Of a stretch of DNA of 64,000 nucleotides, positions 63,618 to 64,000 are shown one piece after another; position 1 is the stretch's first letter, and every line of letters starts with the position of its first letter. The position numbers were made by a program, and so were the translations under genes. The notes beneath the pieces are model-generated. The model was given only the letters and a program-made list of their open reading frames with translations. It had not been told where the DNA came from and ran no database searches. Source of the stretch: Planctomycetota bacterium (GTDB taxonomy: Bacteria > Planctomycetota > B15-G4 > SIAN01); assembly GCA_031409275.1 (NCBI GenBank), contig JANNXA010000034.1, forward strand, positions 150,120 through 214,119. The letters run 5' to 3'.

Positions 63618-64000
63618 ATGCGAGCTCGAATTGCGCTGGAAGTCTTGCTGACGATGTTGGCCGTGATCGCCACAGCAGAGGCTCGGCAAGGGACGCCCGG
63701 ACTTGGTTCGTGGGCACAAGGGTTCGACCACCCGACGCTGAACGGCCCCGCAGCATGGCCCCCAACTCTTACGACATTCGATGCGATCAACATGGCGGTG
63801 ATCCCGTTGACTGGAACGGGCACGCCATCCGATCCATTCGGAGAGGTCATCGTCTGGGACGTACGCGTCACGTGAACCCCGCCTTGCCTCGTCGCCGAGC
63901 CTGGTCGATCGTCTCCGTCTGGAGACTTCCCAATGGCAGAGCGAGCGAGGGTCCCGTGGTCGGTAAGGCGCGAACAGGTCGCGGATCTGCGATCGCGGCA
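63618..64000 (+). CDS. N-terminus of a secreted protein, interrupted at UGA 63873-63875 (frameshift, pseudogene or readthrough unclear)
   Basis: GAGGAG RBS, signal peptide, AINMAVIP..GEVIVWD resembling kelch/galactose-oxidase-type starts. Confidence 0.4.

Overview
This is a very GC-rich bacterial window; the gene families suggest Planctomycetota (inference, not proven). I saw no rRNA, tRNA or CRISPR array. Layout: (1) 1-19.4 kb is a mixed region with two PilT-type ATPases (one with an MshEN-like N-terminus), a fasciclin, a CarH/LitR-like B12 regulator plus SDR, a peroxiredoxin-M28 peptidase fusion, a DEDDh exonuclease, redox proteins and an amidohydrolase. (2) 20.1-22.1 kb holds an IS1380-family element and a MITE stacked at CTAG sites. 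(3) About 22-55.5 kb is a general-stress-type island: CheB/CheR fusion, hybrid kinase, degenerate kinase, sigma54 activator, PRC-barrels, AI-2E, C39 peptidase, DUF883/YqjE/YqjK-like, cyclic beta-1,2-glucan synthase, PAP2 and CsbD. (4) 55.6-64 kb encodes large secreted proteins. Main signals missed by the ORF track: two candidate selenoproteins read through in-frame UGA, each followed by a SECIS-like hairpin (a Sec-peroxiredoxin fused to an M28 peptidase at 8948-11053, and a secreted protein with no family I recognise carrying a U-x-x-x-C motif at 55618-56949). There are also about 15 correctly placed sigma54 (-24/-12) promoters across the island, with a candidate ChpT-like phosphorelay and enhancer motif, and a C39 peptidase coupled to a small double-glycine/TM substrate. 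All calls were made by eye; no database searches were run.
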